From IMG/VR virus record IMGVR_UViG_3300050014_000073, positions 19,141 to 83,140 of that record: 64,000 nt of DNA; one strand, 5' to 3'. This DNA is from a virus. Of the stretch, positions 8,679-17,733 are shown one piece after another (the first letter of the stretch is position 1; each line of letters begins with the position of its first letter). The translations under genes and the position numbers were made by a program. A model generated the notes under the pieces. The model searched no databases and was not told where the DNA came from. It saw only the letters and a program-made list of their open reading frames with translations.

Positions 8679-9017
8679 ATGATTACCGTAACCGTTTCCG
8701 GTCCTTCCAAGTGCGGAAAAACCGCCGTTGCTGTATTCCTTGCTCGTCAGTTAGACGGTCTAACGAAATCCGTTCAGCTCCGTGACGAGACAAGCAATAC
8801 TCTTACTTTCCAAGCCGTCCTTGACGTTCTCGAAGATGCTGAAGTAACCGTCATTGCAAAAGATGACATAGAGATAAAACTTCCCCATGAACAAGACATC
8901 CTCTTCCCCGACGAGAAGAGCTACACTCCTCCTGTTCCTGAGACGGAGCATCCCGAACCGGAAGAGAATCTGCTCACCGAAGACGAAGCTCTTTCCCGAA
9001 TCCTTACGAACGCCTAG
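8679..9017 (+). CDS. short P-loop-containing protein
   Basis: N-terminal SGPSKCGKT Walker A followed by an acidic tail; only 112 aa. Confidence 0.55.
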   Translation: MITVTVSGPSKCGKTAVAVFLARQLDGLTKSVQLRDETSNTLTFQAVLDVLEDAEVTVIAKDDIEIKLPHEQDILFPDEKSYTPPVPETEHPEPEENLLTEDEALSRILTNA

Positions 9018-9027
9018 GATTTAAATT

Positions 9028-9231
9028 ATGGAATCCTATGCACTTGTCATATCGGAACAGTATCGTATCCTAGTTCACGAAGCAGGACTGAAAGAGGGTC
9101 GGAGTGGGAAGATTATGTATCCCGGTCCACTTCCTGTAGGAGCAATCCTGAAAGCTGACTGGGATCAGGGAGTTGAAGAGGGTCTCAAGGTGTTCAAGCA
9201 ATCCAAGTCTCGCGAGAGGCTAGATTGCTAG
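9028..9231 (+). CDS. hypothetical protein
   Basis: 67-aa ATG ORF packed between neighbours. Confidence 0.45.
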   Translation: MESYALVISEQYRILVHEAGLKEGRSGKIMYPGPLPVGAILKADWDQGVEEGLKVFKQSKSRERLDC

Positions 9232-10022
9232 ACGTCATCACTTTCGGAGAGACGCTCTTACAAACACGGGACCTCGATCCAGTATACGTTATGCTGTACC
9301 GTTCTCAATTTTCGTTCTTCCAAAAAGAACGCTTTACCGTAGCGTACTGGCTATTCTATCATTCAGGAGTTTCTGCACTGCTTTCTGAAAAGATGGGGCA
9401 TGCGTTCTGGGACGCTTGCCAGGAACAGTTAACTCTTGCTCCAAGGGGAACGGAGAGACGACACTTCCGTGGATCTGCTGCAACGAAAGCAGTCCAGGCT
9501 CTTCATAGTCTCTATCCAGATCCTGAAGATTTTGTGGAAGCAATGTGTCCATCTCAGAGTACATGCGAGACGTTCCACACAGTTTCATCGCGAGTGGAAA
9601 AGCTTCCGCAGTTCGGACCTTGGATTGCTTTCAAAGTCTGTGATATGCTAGAACGTGTTCTAGATCGTCAGATTGATTCCTCAGGATGCATAGATCTTTG
9701 GTTTCGAGAGCCTCTTACTGGTGCAGAGAAAGCTGCTACTGCTTTCTCTCTTCCTTCCCGCGATGCTGCGATTCAGTTCCTTCTTGAGAAGTTTCATAGC
9801 TGGGGCGCTCCACCTGACTACAAGCGTAAAGTCAACTTGCAGGAGATCGAAACAATCTTATGCAAGTGGAAGGCACATCTTGGAGGCCATTACGAGATTG
9901 GGAAGGATACTTACGAGATATTGCATGGACTCCGAAAGTATTCCTCACGCTCTTCTAGTGCTGCGCACCTGATAGACTGTTTGCAAGAAGGGACTTTGTG
10001 CAAGAGGAATACTCTTTGCTGA
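9225..10022 (+). CDS. amino acid:DNA transferase (aGPT-Pplase2-like), thymidine hypermodification
   Basis: FGETLLQTRDLDPVY, AYWLFYH, PRGTERRHFRG, FGPWIAFKVCDMLER and QEIETILCKWK..GHYEIGKD motifs; beside the 5-hmdU DNA kinase. Confidence 0.85.
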   Translation: MLDVITFGETLLQTRDLDPVYVMLYRSQFSFFQKERFTVAYWLFYHSGVSALLSEKMGHAFWDACQEQLTLAPRGTERRHFRGSAATKAVQALHSLYPDPEDFVEAMCPSQSTCETFHTVSSRVEKLPQFGPWIAFKVCDMLERVLDRQIDSSGCIDLWFREPLTGAEKAATAFSLPSRDAAIQFLLEKFHSWGAPPDYKRKVNLQEIETILCKWKAHLGGHYEIGKDTYEILHGLRKYSSRSSSAAHLIDCLQEGTLCKRNTLC

Positions 10023-10597
10023 AACCACCTCACGTTCCGGTTATCAACATCCGTGGAGTAAACGGAAGTGGGAAGAGTTATCTAGTCCGTTCTTGGATGA
10101 AACTGCTTGGAGCGAAACCATATCCGCAGCGGTCAAATTTGTTTGGAGGAGAGACTGCAACTGGAGCGGAGTACTATTTGCTTTCAGACGATGGAAGGGT
10201 GATCGGGGACTACCGTACCAATTGCGGAGGCTGTGACCGCATCCACTCCCAAGATGAAGTTGCGGACCATATTCGGTTAGGGATTTCCTCTGGTTCACGT
10301 TACGTTCTGTTCGAAGGTGTGATTCTCTCAACAGTGTTTGAGTATTGGCATCAGTTCAGCCAGTCCATCAACGGGATGCTCTGGGTCTATCTTGACACCC
10401 CACTGGAAGTTTGTTTGAAGAGGGTTTCCGAGCGAAACAAGAACAAGGCATTCAAAGAGAATCTCGTTCGGGACAAGTTCCGGCAGGTTGCTTCCACGCG
10501 CCGTCGAGCAGAAGCCGCTGGAGAGAAAGTGTTTGAGATTCATTGGGAGAACGCAGAGAAAGAGCTAGAAAACCTCATAGCAGGATTAAACATATGA
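9998..10597 (+). CDS. P-loop nucleotide kinase associated with base-modification clusters
   Basis: INIRGVNGSGKS Walker A, CGGCDRI, VLFEGV, YLDTPLEVCLKRV..RN. Confidence 0.8.
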   Translation: MQEEYSLLKPPHVPVINIRGVNGSGKSYLVRSWMKLLGAKPYPQRSNLFGGETATGAEYYLLSDDGRVIGDYRTNCGGCDRIHSQDEVADHIRLGISSGSRYVLFEGVILSTVFEYWHQFSQSINGMLWVYLDTPLEVCLKRVSERNKNKAFKENLVRDKFRQVASTRRRAEAAGEKVFEIHWENAEKELENLIAGLNI

Positions 10598-10719
10598 AAC
10601 TTCCTAAAGTTCGTATGCTCCGGCAGATTCTATATTGGATGGAGGAGCGACAGAGACGAATGCGCCTGGCAAACGCCGCCGTATGGGTGTTACGGAAACA
10701 GAAGAGGAGACTTATATGA
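10594..10719 (+). CDS. 41-aa peptide paralogous to the N-terminus of the downstream kinase
   Basis: MKLPKVRMLRQILYWMEERQRR... versus MKLPPVRNLKKFLWFMEERQRV; ATGA overlaps at both ends. Confidence 0.55.
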   Translation: MKLPKVRMLRQILYWMEERQRRMRLANAAVWVLRKQKRRLI

Positions 10720-11633
10720 AGTTGCCTCCGGTAAGGAACTTGAAGAAGTTTTTGTGGTTTATGGAGGAGCGCCAAAGGGTTTATTTAAGGCGACAGGCAG
10801 GTGAACCTTATCCTTGGACTTCGGATCCCATCTTACGCCGCTTTCGATTTTGCAATGTTTATCGAGAGCAGGATCGGGTGACGACTTTTTGGCGAGAACG
10901 TTGGGCAAAGAAATACGCTGATCACTCGAACTTATGGTTTGCTGCTTGCTTGTTTCGGCACATCAACTGGCCCAATACGCTCGAAGAAATTGGATTCCCC
11001 AAAGAGTGGAATCCTCGTAAGGTCCTTCGCATTCTCGAGAAGCGGAAAGCACGGGGAGATAAAGTCTACACAAGTGCTTATCTTCTCGGAGGCGGAAACA
11101 CCAAGCATGAAACCAAAGTCCGCTACACGGTGATGACAGTATTGAATCCTGTGTGGAAGTGGGTTGAGAAGGCTCTTCCTGGAACGGGTCGTATTGCTCC
11201 TTGGTTAACTGACGGAACTGATGACGTTCCCTGTACGTTACGCGAAATGTTCGATTGGCTCTGCCAGTTCCACGGCTTCGGGAAGTTTCTCTCCTACGAA
11301 ATCGTCACCGATCTTCGTCATACTCGTTATCTATGCAACGCTCCTGACATAATGACTTGGGCGAATCTCGGTCCGGGAGCGCAGCGCGGATTGAACCGTC
11401 TTTACGAACGGGAGCTGAATCAGTCACATCCCCAGGCTCAGCTTCTCGAAGAGCTTCTGGCAATTCAAGAGTGGGTGGTTAAGAACCGTGATTCGAGAGT
11501 TCTTCCTACGATAGAGCCACGAGATCTCGAACATAGTTTTTGCGAGTGCGACAAACTTCTTAGAGCCAAGGAGCGCCTTGTGCAAGGACGTATAATCGGT
11601 CTAGAAAGATTCAGACATCCAGGCTTGATTTGA
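10716..11633 (+). CDS. 5-hydroxymethyluracil DNA kinase (aGPT-Pplase1 / 5-HMUDK)
   Basis: FMEERQ..Y.RR..GEPYPWTSDPILRRFRFCNVYREQDRVT, FRHINWP, AYL, GKFLSYEIVTDL, GPGAQRGLNRL, DLEHSFCECDK. Start 10716 follows an AGGAG RBS. Confidence 0.9.
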   Translation: MKLPPVRNLKKFLWFMEERQRVYLRRQAGEPYPWTSDPILRRFRFCNVYREQDRVTTFWRERWAKKYADHSNLWFAACLFRHINWPNTLEEIGFPKEWNPRKVLRILEKRKARGDKVYTSAYLLGGGNTKHETKVRYTVMTVLNPVWKWVEKALPGTGRIAPWLTDGTDDVPCTLREMFDWLCQFHGFGKFLSYEIVTDLRHTRYLCNAPDIMTWANLGPGAQRGLNRLYERELNQSHPQAQLLEELLAIQEWVVKNRDSRVLPTIEPRDLEHSFCECDKLLRAKERLVQGRIIGLERFRHPGLI

Positions 11634-11651
11634 CGAAGGAGAAATCATAAC

Positions 11652-12134
11652 ATGATAAACGCAAGTGAGTTTTACGGACCGCGCCGTCTCAAGGCGCGAA
11701 ACAACAATACGCTGCTCAAGGGCAACATGATCCCGCGACGGTTCAAGTCCATCGTCATTCGTGTGACGGGAGTTCGTTCAGCTCCTTCTGACTGGGACTG
11801 CCGGCTTATTCTGGACTTCGATTTCCATCCCGAAGCTCTCGAAGCTCTTCGAGGATCGGAAGCAGCTAGTGCTCATTCCTGGGCTGTAAACAAGACTAAT
11901 GGCCAGCGGCTTCGTTCGTACTTATCAGCTTCTGACGACTTCGAGGAACTGGTCGACTGCCGTGTCCGTCTCAAGGTCATTCCGCAACGTGACCCGAAGT
12001 CGGGCGAGCGTGTTCGTTCGCTGGAAGTGACTTCTCTAGCACGCGAAGGGTCAACTCATTGGGAAGTGCTGGCCTCCTCCGGTAGAGATTGCGGAAGAAG
12101 ACGAAACGTATTTTTCGTATCCTCCTGTTTTTGA
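11652..12134 (+). CDS. putative single-stranded DNA-binding / OB-fold phage protein
   Basis: WAVNKTNGQRL...DD.EEL.DCRVRL.....DPKSGERVRSLEV resembles a common phage SSB-like family (LNKTN motif). Confidence 0.45.
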   Translation: MINASEFYGPRRLKARNNNTLLKGNMIPRRFKSIVIRVTGVRSAPSDWDCRLILDFDFHPEALEALRGSEAASAHSWAVNKTNGQRLRSYLSASDDFEELVDCRVRLKVIPQRDPKSGERVRSLEVTSLAREGSTHWEVLASSGRDCGRRRNVFFVSSCF

Positions 12135-12156
12135 GGAGGAGAAAACGGAACTGTTT

Positions 12157-13050
12157 TTGAAGATCTTCATCCCCACTAAAGGACGTCCGGTTCGGATCAG
12201 TACTCACAAGTACTTCCCTTCCGCTTACGTTGTTGTACACAACGAGCAGGAAGCGGAGCAGTATCGCGCGAATGCAACGATCGATCCTAAACGGATTCTC
12301 ATTAGTGGAGCGAAGACCGATGCGTTCGGCCTAACTCGACAACGTGAATGGGTGTGCCAGACGCAAGCAAAGAAGAATGAGTGGATTCTGTTCGCTGACG
12401 ATAACATCTATTACTTGCTAGCGATGGATAAGGAACACTATGGTTTTCCAGAAGTTCTACTGACGGCAGACCATACCAGATTGTCGGAAGAAGAGAAAGC
12501 GACGGCTCGCAAGGAAGGTGCGATCTGGCGTCCTCGTTTCAACACGCGAGTCCCGGTAGAACGGTTCTTGAGGGAGATCGTTCCGGATACAGTTTCTCAT
12601 TGTGAGATTATCGGAGCACACCTTGCAGGGTTTTCTCTTACAGATAACATCTTATTTCGGCGAAAGAAGTTTGTTGACGTCGGATACGTCATAGGCAAGT
12701 TGATGCTCTGGCACAACACTGGGCATGTCCCCTTCGACCATACAGTCACGATGGAAGACTTCTATCACACAGCCGAGAACCTGAAGCGATACGGAGTTTG
12801 CGTAGTAAACAACTTCGTTGCGGTCCGCCCGACGAATTGTCACTATCTTCCAGGCGGAATGGGAACGTATGACGAGCGAGTTCCGTATCGCAAGCGGGAC
12901 GTGGAAACTTTGTTAGCACGGTATCCTGGGATGTTGGCAGTGAAGGACAGAGAGGGATTTGTTCCAGGAACTGACTTGCGTCTTCTCTTGCATTCACGTG
13001 AGGATGTTCAACGATGGCAACGAGCGCAGAAGCGCACAAGATTGTTTTAG
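12157..13050 (+). CDS. GT-A glycosyltransferase of the TET-associated (TAGT)/GREB1/JGT-like type
   Basis: KIFIPTKGRP, GLTRQREWV, ILFADDN (DxD-like), MEDF, GGM; sits inside the DNA-modification operon. Confidence 0.75.
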   Translation: MKIFIPTKGRPVRISTHKYFPSAYVVVHNEQEAEQYRANATIDPKRILISGAKTDAFGLTRQREWVCQTQAKKNEWILFADDNIYYLLAMDKEHYGFPEVLLTADHTRLSEEEKATARKEGAIWRPRFNTRVPVERFLREIVPDTVSHCEIIGAHLAGFSLTDNILFRRKKFVDVGYVIGKLMLWHNTGHVPFDHTVTMEDFYHTAENLKRYGVCVVNNFVAVRPTNCHYLPGGMGTYDERVPYRKRDVETLLARYPGMLAVKDREGFVPGTDLRLLLHSREDVQRWQRAQKRTRLF

Positions 13051-13056
13051 GAGGAT

Positions 13057-14082
13057 TTGATGCGAACTGTGGATCTTAGTCGTGGTGAGCAGGTTCGTCT
13101 GTTCAACGGTTTGGCAATCGAGATTGCAAGCAAGTGCAATCGAACTTGCTACTTCTGCCCGAACGGATACAACCAGCGTGAAGATGTCTTCATGCTGGAG
13201 GAAACGGTCTCACGTTTGCTGGAAGAGCTCTCACGCTTGAAGTACTCTGGGCGTATCGAGTGGTACATCTACAACGAACCGACACGTGACGAACGGCTGA
13301 AGATGTTCATTCGTTGGGCGCGAGTTCAGGTTCCGCGCGCTTGCCAGATGATCAACACGAACGGTGACTATTTCAAGGATAAGTTTGACATCGCTGCATT
13401 GTTCTTTGCTGGTCTCAATCAGATGCAGATCAACATCTACAGCGCGCAGGATAACGCAGAGAATGATAAGACGTTTGAGAACGGCGTTGCGCAAGCGCGA
13501 AAGCGTGAAGCGCAGCTACAATCGTGGGTTGATAAGATCTCCCCAACAATGAATATCCATTCGGATGCGAGTCTCTACTTGAACTCAGGCCCGCGAAAGC
13601 GTATTTGCAAAGTCGTGGCGAAGTATGGCGTCCGTCCCAGTTTCAAGGATAGTGATCTCGAGGGGCCAAATCACTTCTCGAACCGCAGTGGAAACATTCC
13701 TGGTTTCCGCAATGGGCTTACAGAACCACTGAAGAAGATGTGTGTGCGCCCGTTCAGGTTTCTCAATATAGATTACCAGGGCGATGCCCTTCTTTGTTGT
13801 AACGACTACCATGGAGTTGTTAAGATCGGGAACGTGAAGGACCATACGCTGGTGGAATTGTGGAACTCTTCGGTTCTCAATCGTTATCGTGTCAAGTTGC
13901 AAGGTCATGATCGTAATTCAGCACTGTGCGACAAATGCGACTACAACGGGGGACACTATCAACATCAGGTGGGACACGTTACGACGGGGTCAGCGGAACA
14001 GGATGTGGAGTGGGTACAGGAGCCGTTTTATCCGGGCGGACTGGTTCAGATCGCGCCGAAGACGGATAAGAGGTTGATTTAG
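13057..14082 (+). CDS. radical SAM enzyme with SPASM/twitch domain
   Basis: CNRTCYFC (CxxxCxxC), YNEP, NTNG; C-terminal CVRPF...GDALLCCND...IGNV...ELWNS...CDKC. Confidence 0.92.
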   Translation: MMRTVDLSRGEQVRLFNGLAIEIASKCNRTCYFCPNGYNQREDVFMLEETVSRLLEELSRLKYSGRIEWYIYNEPTRDERLKMFIRWARVQVPRACQMINTNGDYFKDKFDIAALFFAGLNQMQINIYSAQDNAENDKTFENGVAQARKREAQLQSWVDKISPTMNIHSDASLYLNSGPRKRICKVVAKYGVRPSFKDSDLEGPNHFSNRSGNIPGFRNGLTEPLKKMCVRPFRFLNIDYQGDALLCCNDYHGVVKIGNVKDHTLVELWNSSVLNRYRVKLQGHDRNSALCDKCDYNGGHYQHQVGHVTTGSAEQDVEWVQEPFYPGGLVQIAPKTDKRLI

Positions 14083-14220
14083 AGCTATTACGGATTGCTA
14101 GGTCGTTTCCGTGGCATCCGGTTTGTGGAAAGTACCGTATAACTAGTCTAGCGACGGTCCTAGGGTCGCTAAACACAAACGTCTTCGACTTCTTTCTGGA
14201 AATCGGAAAGGAAAGAAACA

Positions 14221-15234
14221 ATGCAAGTAATACGAGTAAGAAACATCAACCAAGCGTGGGATCATGCAAAGATCCTTCTCAATGCCAATCACACAACTCG
14301 TCCCAGTCGGGTCGGGGAGGTGATTGAATACCCCGACCCAGTCACGACGGTCTACGAGAAGCCGTGTGAGCGTGTCCTCTTCAATGAGAAGCGGAATGCT
14401 AATTGCTTTTTCAATTTCATGGAAGCAATGCATATGCTTGCGGGCCGAAATGATGTCGCGTGGCTGGAACGATTCAATTCCAAGATTCGCGATTTCATCG
14501 GTAACGTGGAAGTGCAGCATGGTGCATACGGCTACCGCTGGCGAAAGTTCTTCGACATGGACGGGGGCGCAGAGGATGACTATGCGGACCAGATTCTCAA
14601 GATCATTCGGATGCTGAAGAAGAACCCCGATGAACGCCGCGCTGTTCTTACCATGTGGAGTCCGTTGGCGGACTTGGAACGACCAGATCTTGCAGACGTG
14701 CCGTGCAATTTGATCTGCACGTTCAAGATTCGAGGCGGTGCTCTCGACATGATTGTCTTCTGTCGTTCAAATGACATTGTGTTTGGCGCGTATTCTGCAA
14801 ATCAAGTGCACTTCAGCTTTCTGCTGGAGTACATGGCTTCTATGATCGGAGTACCGGTTGGGCGTTACTTTCAGATCTCGGACTCTTGGCACGCTTACAC
14901 TTCTCGTTGGTCCGAATTTGGCGGTCTTGATCCCACTCCGACGATTGATCGCTATGCGTTGGGCATGGTTCCGTTCCCGCTGGTTGATCATCCTGAGACG
15001 TGGGACGAAGATCTGAAGCGGTGGATGGAACGAGACTTCACGCAAGAGTTCTCCAATCGGTTCTTCTCACGAGTTGCTGAGCCGATGTGGCTCTCATGGT
15101 CAGAATACAAGCATAACAATCTCGACAACGCAATTAGGGTTATACGGAATTGTGATGCAGCTGACTGGCGCTGGGCGGGAACAGAGTGGTTGCTCAACAT
15201 CCAGAGGAAGCGAGCAGAGAAGGGGAAGAAATGA
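14221..15234 (+). CDS. thymidylate-synthase homolog, probable dUMP hydroxymethylase
   Basis: GAYGYRWR, RRAVLTMW, DVPCN (catalytic Cys), RSNDIVFGAYSANQVHFS with Asn at the dUMP-specificity position, HAY. Confidence 0.88.
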   Translation: MQVIRVRNINQAWDHAKILLNANHTTRPSRVGEVIEYPDPVTTVYEKPCERVLFNEKRNANCFFNFMEAMHMLAGRNDVAWLERFNSKIRDFIGNVEVQHGAYGYRWRKFFDMDGGAEDDYADQILKIIRMLKKNPDERRAVLTMWSPLADLERPDLADVPCNLICTFKIRGGALDMIVFCRSNDIVFGAYSANQVHFSFLLEYMASMIGVPVGRYFQISDSWHAYTSRWSEFGGLDPTPTIDRYALGMVPFPLVDHPETWDEDLKRWMERDFTQEFSNRFFSRVAEPMWLSWSEYKHNNLDNAIRVIRNCDAADWRWAGTEWLLNIQRKRAEKGKK

Positions 15235-15422
15235 GACAGGAAGATCCAAAGTCGACTTTAATTGAACGATTTCGGGTATGGCGTCTCTTCTGGGTTGCTT
15301 GCCGTGTCCCGAGACGGAACGATCTCTATATCAACAAGAACGGCTTGCTTCAACGTTGTAAGACGACGAACTACTCGCGTCGCGCTCAAAAGCGTACAAT
15401 TGTGAAAGAGGGATGGAAGTGA
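15231..15422 (+). CDS. hypothetical protein
   Basis: ATG overlaps the stop of the TS homolog; 63 aa. Confidence 0.45.
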   Translation: MRQEDPKSTLIERFRVWRLFWVACRVPRRNDLYINKNGLLQRCKTTNYSRRAQKRTIVKEGWK

Positions 15423-16009
15423 AGAATCTTTTTGAAAATCTGATGTGGTTCCGAAGATTTGGTTCAACGAGACGCTTCCATTCTGAGACGTTCATCGGAA
15501 CACCAGAGACAGTTCTACACCACTCTGCTAGTACAGCTCTTATCCTGATTCAGGTCTTAGGAGAAAACGTCTCCGTCAACTTGCTCAAGGCTGCTCTGTG
15601 CCACGATCTCGAAGAGGGACTTACAGGCGACGTCCCCGCGCCGGTCAAGTGGGCTATTGGAAATACGTTCGAAGAGTTGGAGCGTCGGATTCGTGTGTTC
15701 CACGATATTCCGTTCCCAGGATTGAACGGCGAGGAACAGCATCAGCTCAAGGCTGCGGATTTTCTGGACTGCGCGATGACGTGTCTCATGCAGCGAAAGA
15801 TGGGGAACTCTCTAATTGATACGGTTTTCGAGAACTTAGTCGAGTATGAAAACCGAAGTCCGATCTTGGGCTACGTTGAGACAATTCTGTTCCTCTATCT
15901 CTGGCGAGAAGTCAAAGCGGAATACAGACAGACGGTTAGCGGAAGCCGATATGGAAGCGTCGGTCACCCCTTCTGGAGTCAAGATGCCAAAAGTGAGAAG
16001 CAAAGCTGA
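15413..16009 (+). CDS. HD-domain deoxynucleotide phosphohydrolase (YfbR/DatZ-like)
   Basis: RRFH...ETVLHHS...ALCHDLEEGLTGDVPAPVK...LKAADFLD. Confidence 0.85.
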   Translation: MEVKNLFENLMWFRRFGSTRRFHSETFIGTPETVLHHSASTALILIQVLGENVSVNLLKAALCHDLEEGLTGDVPAPVKWAIGNTFEELERRIRVFHDIPFPGLNGEEQHQLKAADFLDCAMTCLMQRKMGNSLIDTVFENLVEYENRSPILGYVETILFLYLWREVKAEYRQTVSGSRYGSVGHPFWSQDAKSEKQS

Positions 16010-16601
16010 GTTCTTCCGGCTGTCACAGGAAATGGTCTTCGGGAATCGTCTTCAGCAATTCGGGTGGAAACTCTTCGATGAAATGTTTCAAGACTGCCGG
16101 AACGCAAGATGTATTGGTCGCGAACCTTGGTACGATAGCGAACTTCCTCCTATGCCTGAAAAGGTCAGTGTTAGGAACGTACTTGCAGGTGGCGATGAAC
16201 GGGTTCAACGGTATCGTCTCGGACCAGCTTTCGCTCATGCTCATTGTGTCTCGTTGATCAAGACCCACATCGTCACTCCTGAACAGCTCATACTTGATGA
16301 GAGTGCTCCAGATCATCTAGTCACGTTGCAAGCAGAAGTCCGGAATAGCGAAAGGTTTATTGACATGCGATTCGCGCTGCATTCTGGAGTAGGGATGCGA
16401 CCTGCTTATGCCGCAATGAAGCCCGTGAGTGGGATTCGGGCCGTGACAATCCTGAAAGAGTACCTGGACGCACCGTCTTGGGACAACCTCTGTGAAATTC
16501 TTCATGTATATAGCGAAAGTGTCGTAGAGCTGAGTTCGTACTCAGTTCCAGTAGGAGTTCTGGGTCTCTCGACAATTATTTGGGAAGTGAGGAATTATTG
16601 A
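15984..16601 (+). CDS. hypothetical phage protein
   Basis: MPKVRSKAEFFRL...IIWEVRNY; RBS GGAG before ATG 15984. Confidence 0.6.
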   Translation: MPKVRSKAEFFRLSQEMVFGNRLQQFGWKLFDEMFQDCRNARCIGREPWYDSELPPMPEKVSVRNVLAGGDERVQRYRLGPAFAHAHCVSLIKTHIVTPEQLILDESAPDHLVTLQAEVRNSERFIDMRFALHSGVGMRPAYAAMKPVSGIRAVTILKEYLDAPSWDNLCEILHVYSESVVELSSYSVPVGVLGLSTIIWEVRNY

Positions 16602-16602
16602 T

Positions 16603-16838
16603 ATGAGAGTTCTTGTTGTTGTTGGTGGCCAGCCTGGATCTGAAGCTAAAGGAAAGGCATGCGTATTTGTCTGGATTACCTAGACGCAAAGGACAGAAAC
16701 GTTCGTAGGAGCGTCGATTTGGGTAAGAGATCTCACAAGTTCCTTCACGAGTTGGAGACCCGTACGGAACTGAGAGTAGGTCTTGCATTCACAGGTCCGC
16801 ATCAAGACGATCTCGTTTATTGGGATTCTGTTTTGTGA
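16603..16838 (+). pseudogene. purZ: internally deleted adenylosuccinate-synthetase-family gene (PurZ/PurZ0-like)
   Basis: From 16603: MRVLVVVGGQPGSEAKGKAC (PurA-family P-loop with Ser in place of the PurA Asp). In another frame from 16668: CLDYLDAKD...FLHELETRTELRVGLAFTGPHQDDLV* (PurA-family C-terminus). Confidence 0.75.
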
Positions 16839-16869
16839 TGTCAATCTCCTTTTGCCAAAAACCATTCGC

Positions 16870-16898
16870 TTTACTTTTCTATCGCGTTAGGGTAAAGT
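16870..16898 (+). promoter_or_regulatory. sigma70-like promoter upstream of the small-gene/late region
   Basis: TTTACT-N17-TAAAGT; same -35 as the promoter at 1184-1189; hairpin CCTATC-tcgtt-GATAGG follows. Confidence 0.45.
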
Positions 16899-17005
16899 AG
16901 TAAGTTAAAGTACTCTTTGGGGTCCTATCTCGTTGATAGGATTAGCTTGCGGCGCGAGTAGAGACGTTTTCAACGGCTCGTTTGCCAGACAGGTGACCAT
17001 ACTCC

Positions 17006-17383
17006 GTGTCTCCTCGTAAATCACACAAGCTTCTTAAGGGCCCAGCTCTGTCCGAGATCCTTCGGGTCACAGTTCACCAAGTCAAGTGGTTCGTCGCGGG
17101 CCAGCCTACTCTTTTGATTCCTCCTTCAACGGCGCTTGCTCTTGTGAGAGAGGGCGAGTATGAAGGTAAGGCAAGTGCCCAGCGAGTCTACTACATACGT
17201 GAAATTGACAATTGTCCAAAGCCTGTATGCAATCCTTCGTATTGGGACGACCGTGCTGTCTACCCTGGTGAAACAGATTCGCCTTCACGACATACTGTAG
17301 ACCTCTGGGACCAAATTCTCAAGCGCCGTTCCAGTCGCGTAGCTGTTCAAGTTGTCGCCGCCCACGCGAGCGGCGTGGATTGA
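17006..17383 (+). CDS. hypothetical protein
   Basis: 125-aa ORF after the promoter. Confidence 0.5.
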   Translation: MSPRKSHKLLKGPALSEILRVTVHQVKWFVAGQPTLLIPPSTALALVREGEYEGKASAQRVYYIREIDNCPKPVCNPSYWDDRAVYPGETDSPSRHTVDLWDQILKRRSSRVAVQVVAAHASGVD

Positions 17384-17400
17384 AATCAGGTATTTGAAGA

Positions 17401-17733
17401 ATGGCTTCTCCTTCTTCCGGTTTCCTCGCAGCGTCGCTTTCATCTGCAGCTCCCGCTATTAGTTCCCGCCTTCGTTCCTCTGTTCGTTCCGCTCTTAACT
17501 CGCATCAGTCATTGAAAGCCGTCCGCGGTCGCGGATCAGAAGTTCAGTCACATCGTTCAGCTCTTGTCTACTTGCGCGAGCTTGAAGCTGAACTTTGTTT
17601 GGTCCAGAACTTGTTGTTGGACGCTTGGAAAGAGTGCGACTACTCGCGGGATTTCCGGAAGTTTATTCGTCATACTGACCAGGCTCAGCAGCGACTTCAT
17701 CAAGCGATCAAGAAGCTTGCCAGGACCGTATAA
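17401..17733 (+). CDS. hypothetical protein
   Basis: 110-aa ATG ORF in a packed + strand run. Confidence 0.5.
   Translation: MASPSSGFLAASLSSAAPAISSRLRSSVRSALNSHQSLKAVRGRGSEVQSHRSALVYLRELEAELCLVQNLLLDAWKECDYSRDFRKFIRHTDQAQQRLHQAIKKLARTV

Noticed and set aside
10635-10715. N-terminal extension of the 5-hmdU DNA kinase given in the ORF track
   Set aside because: The RBS and family similarity start at ATG 10716; the upstream DNA is better explained by the 41-aa micro-ORF in another frame.
14221-15234. Canonical thymidylate synthase or dCMP hydroxymethylase
   Set aside because: Asn at the specificity position argues against dCMP, and the GAYSANQVHFS motif plus the linked 5-hmdU kinase favour dUMP hydroxymethylase.
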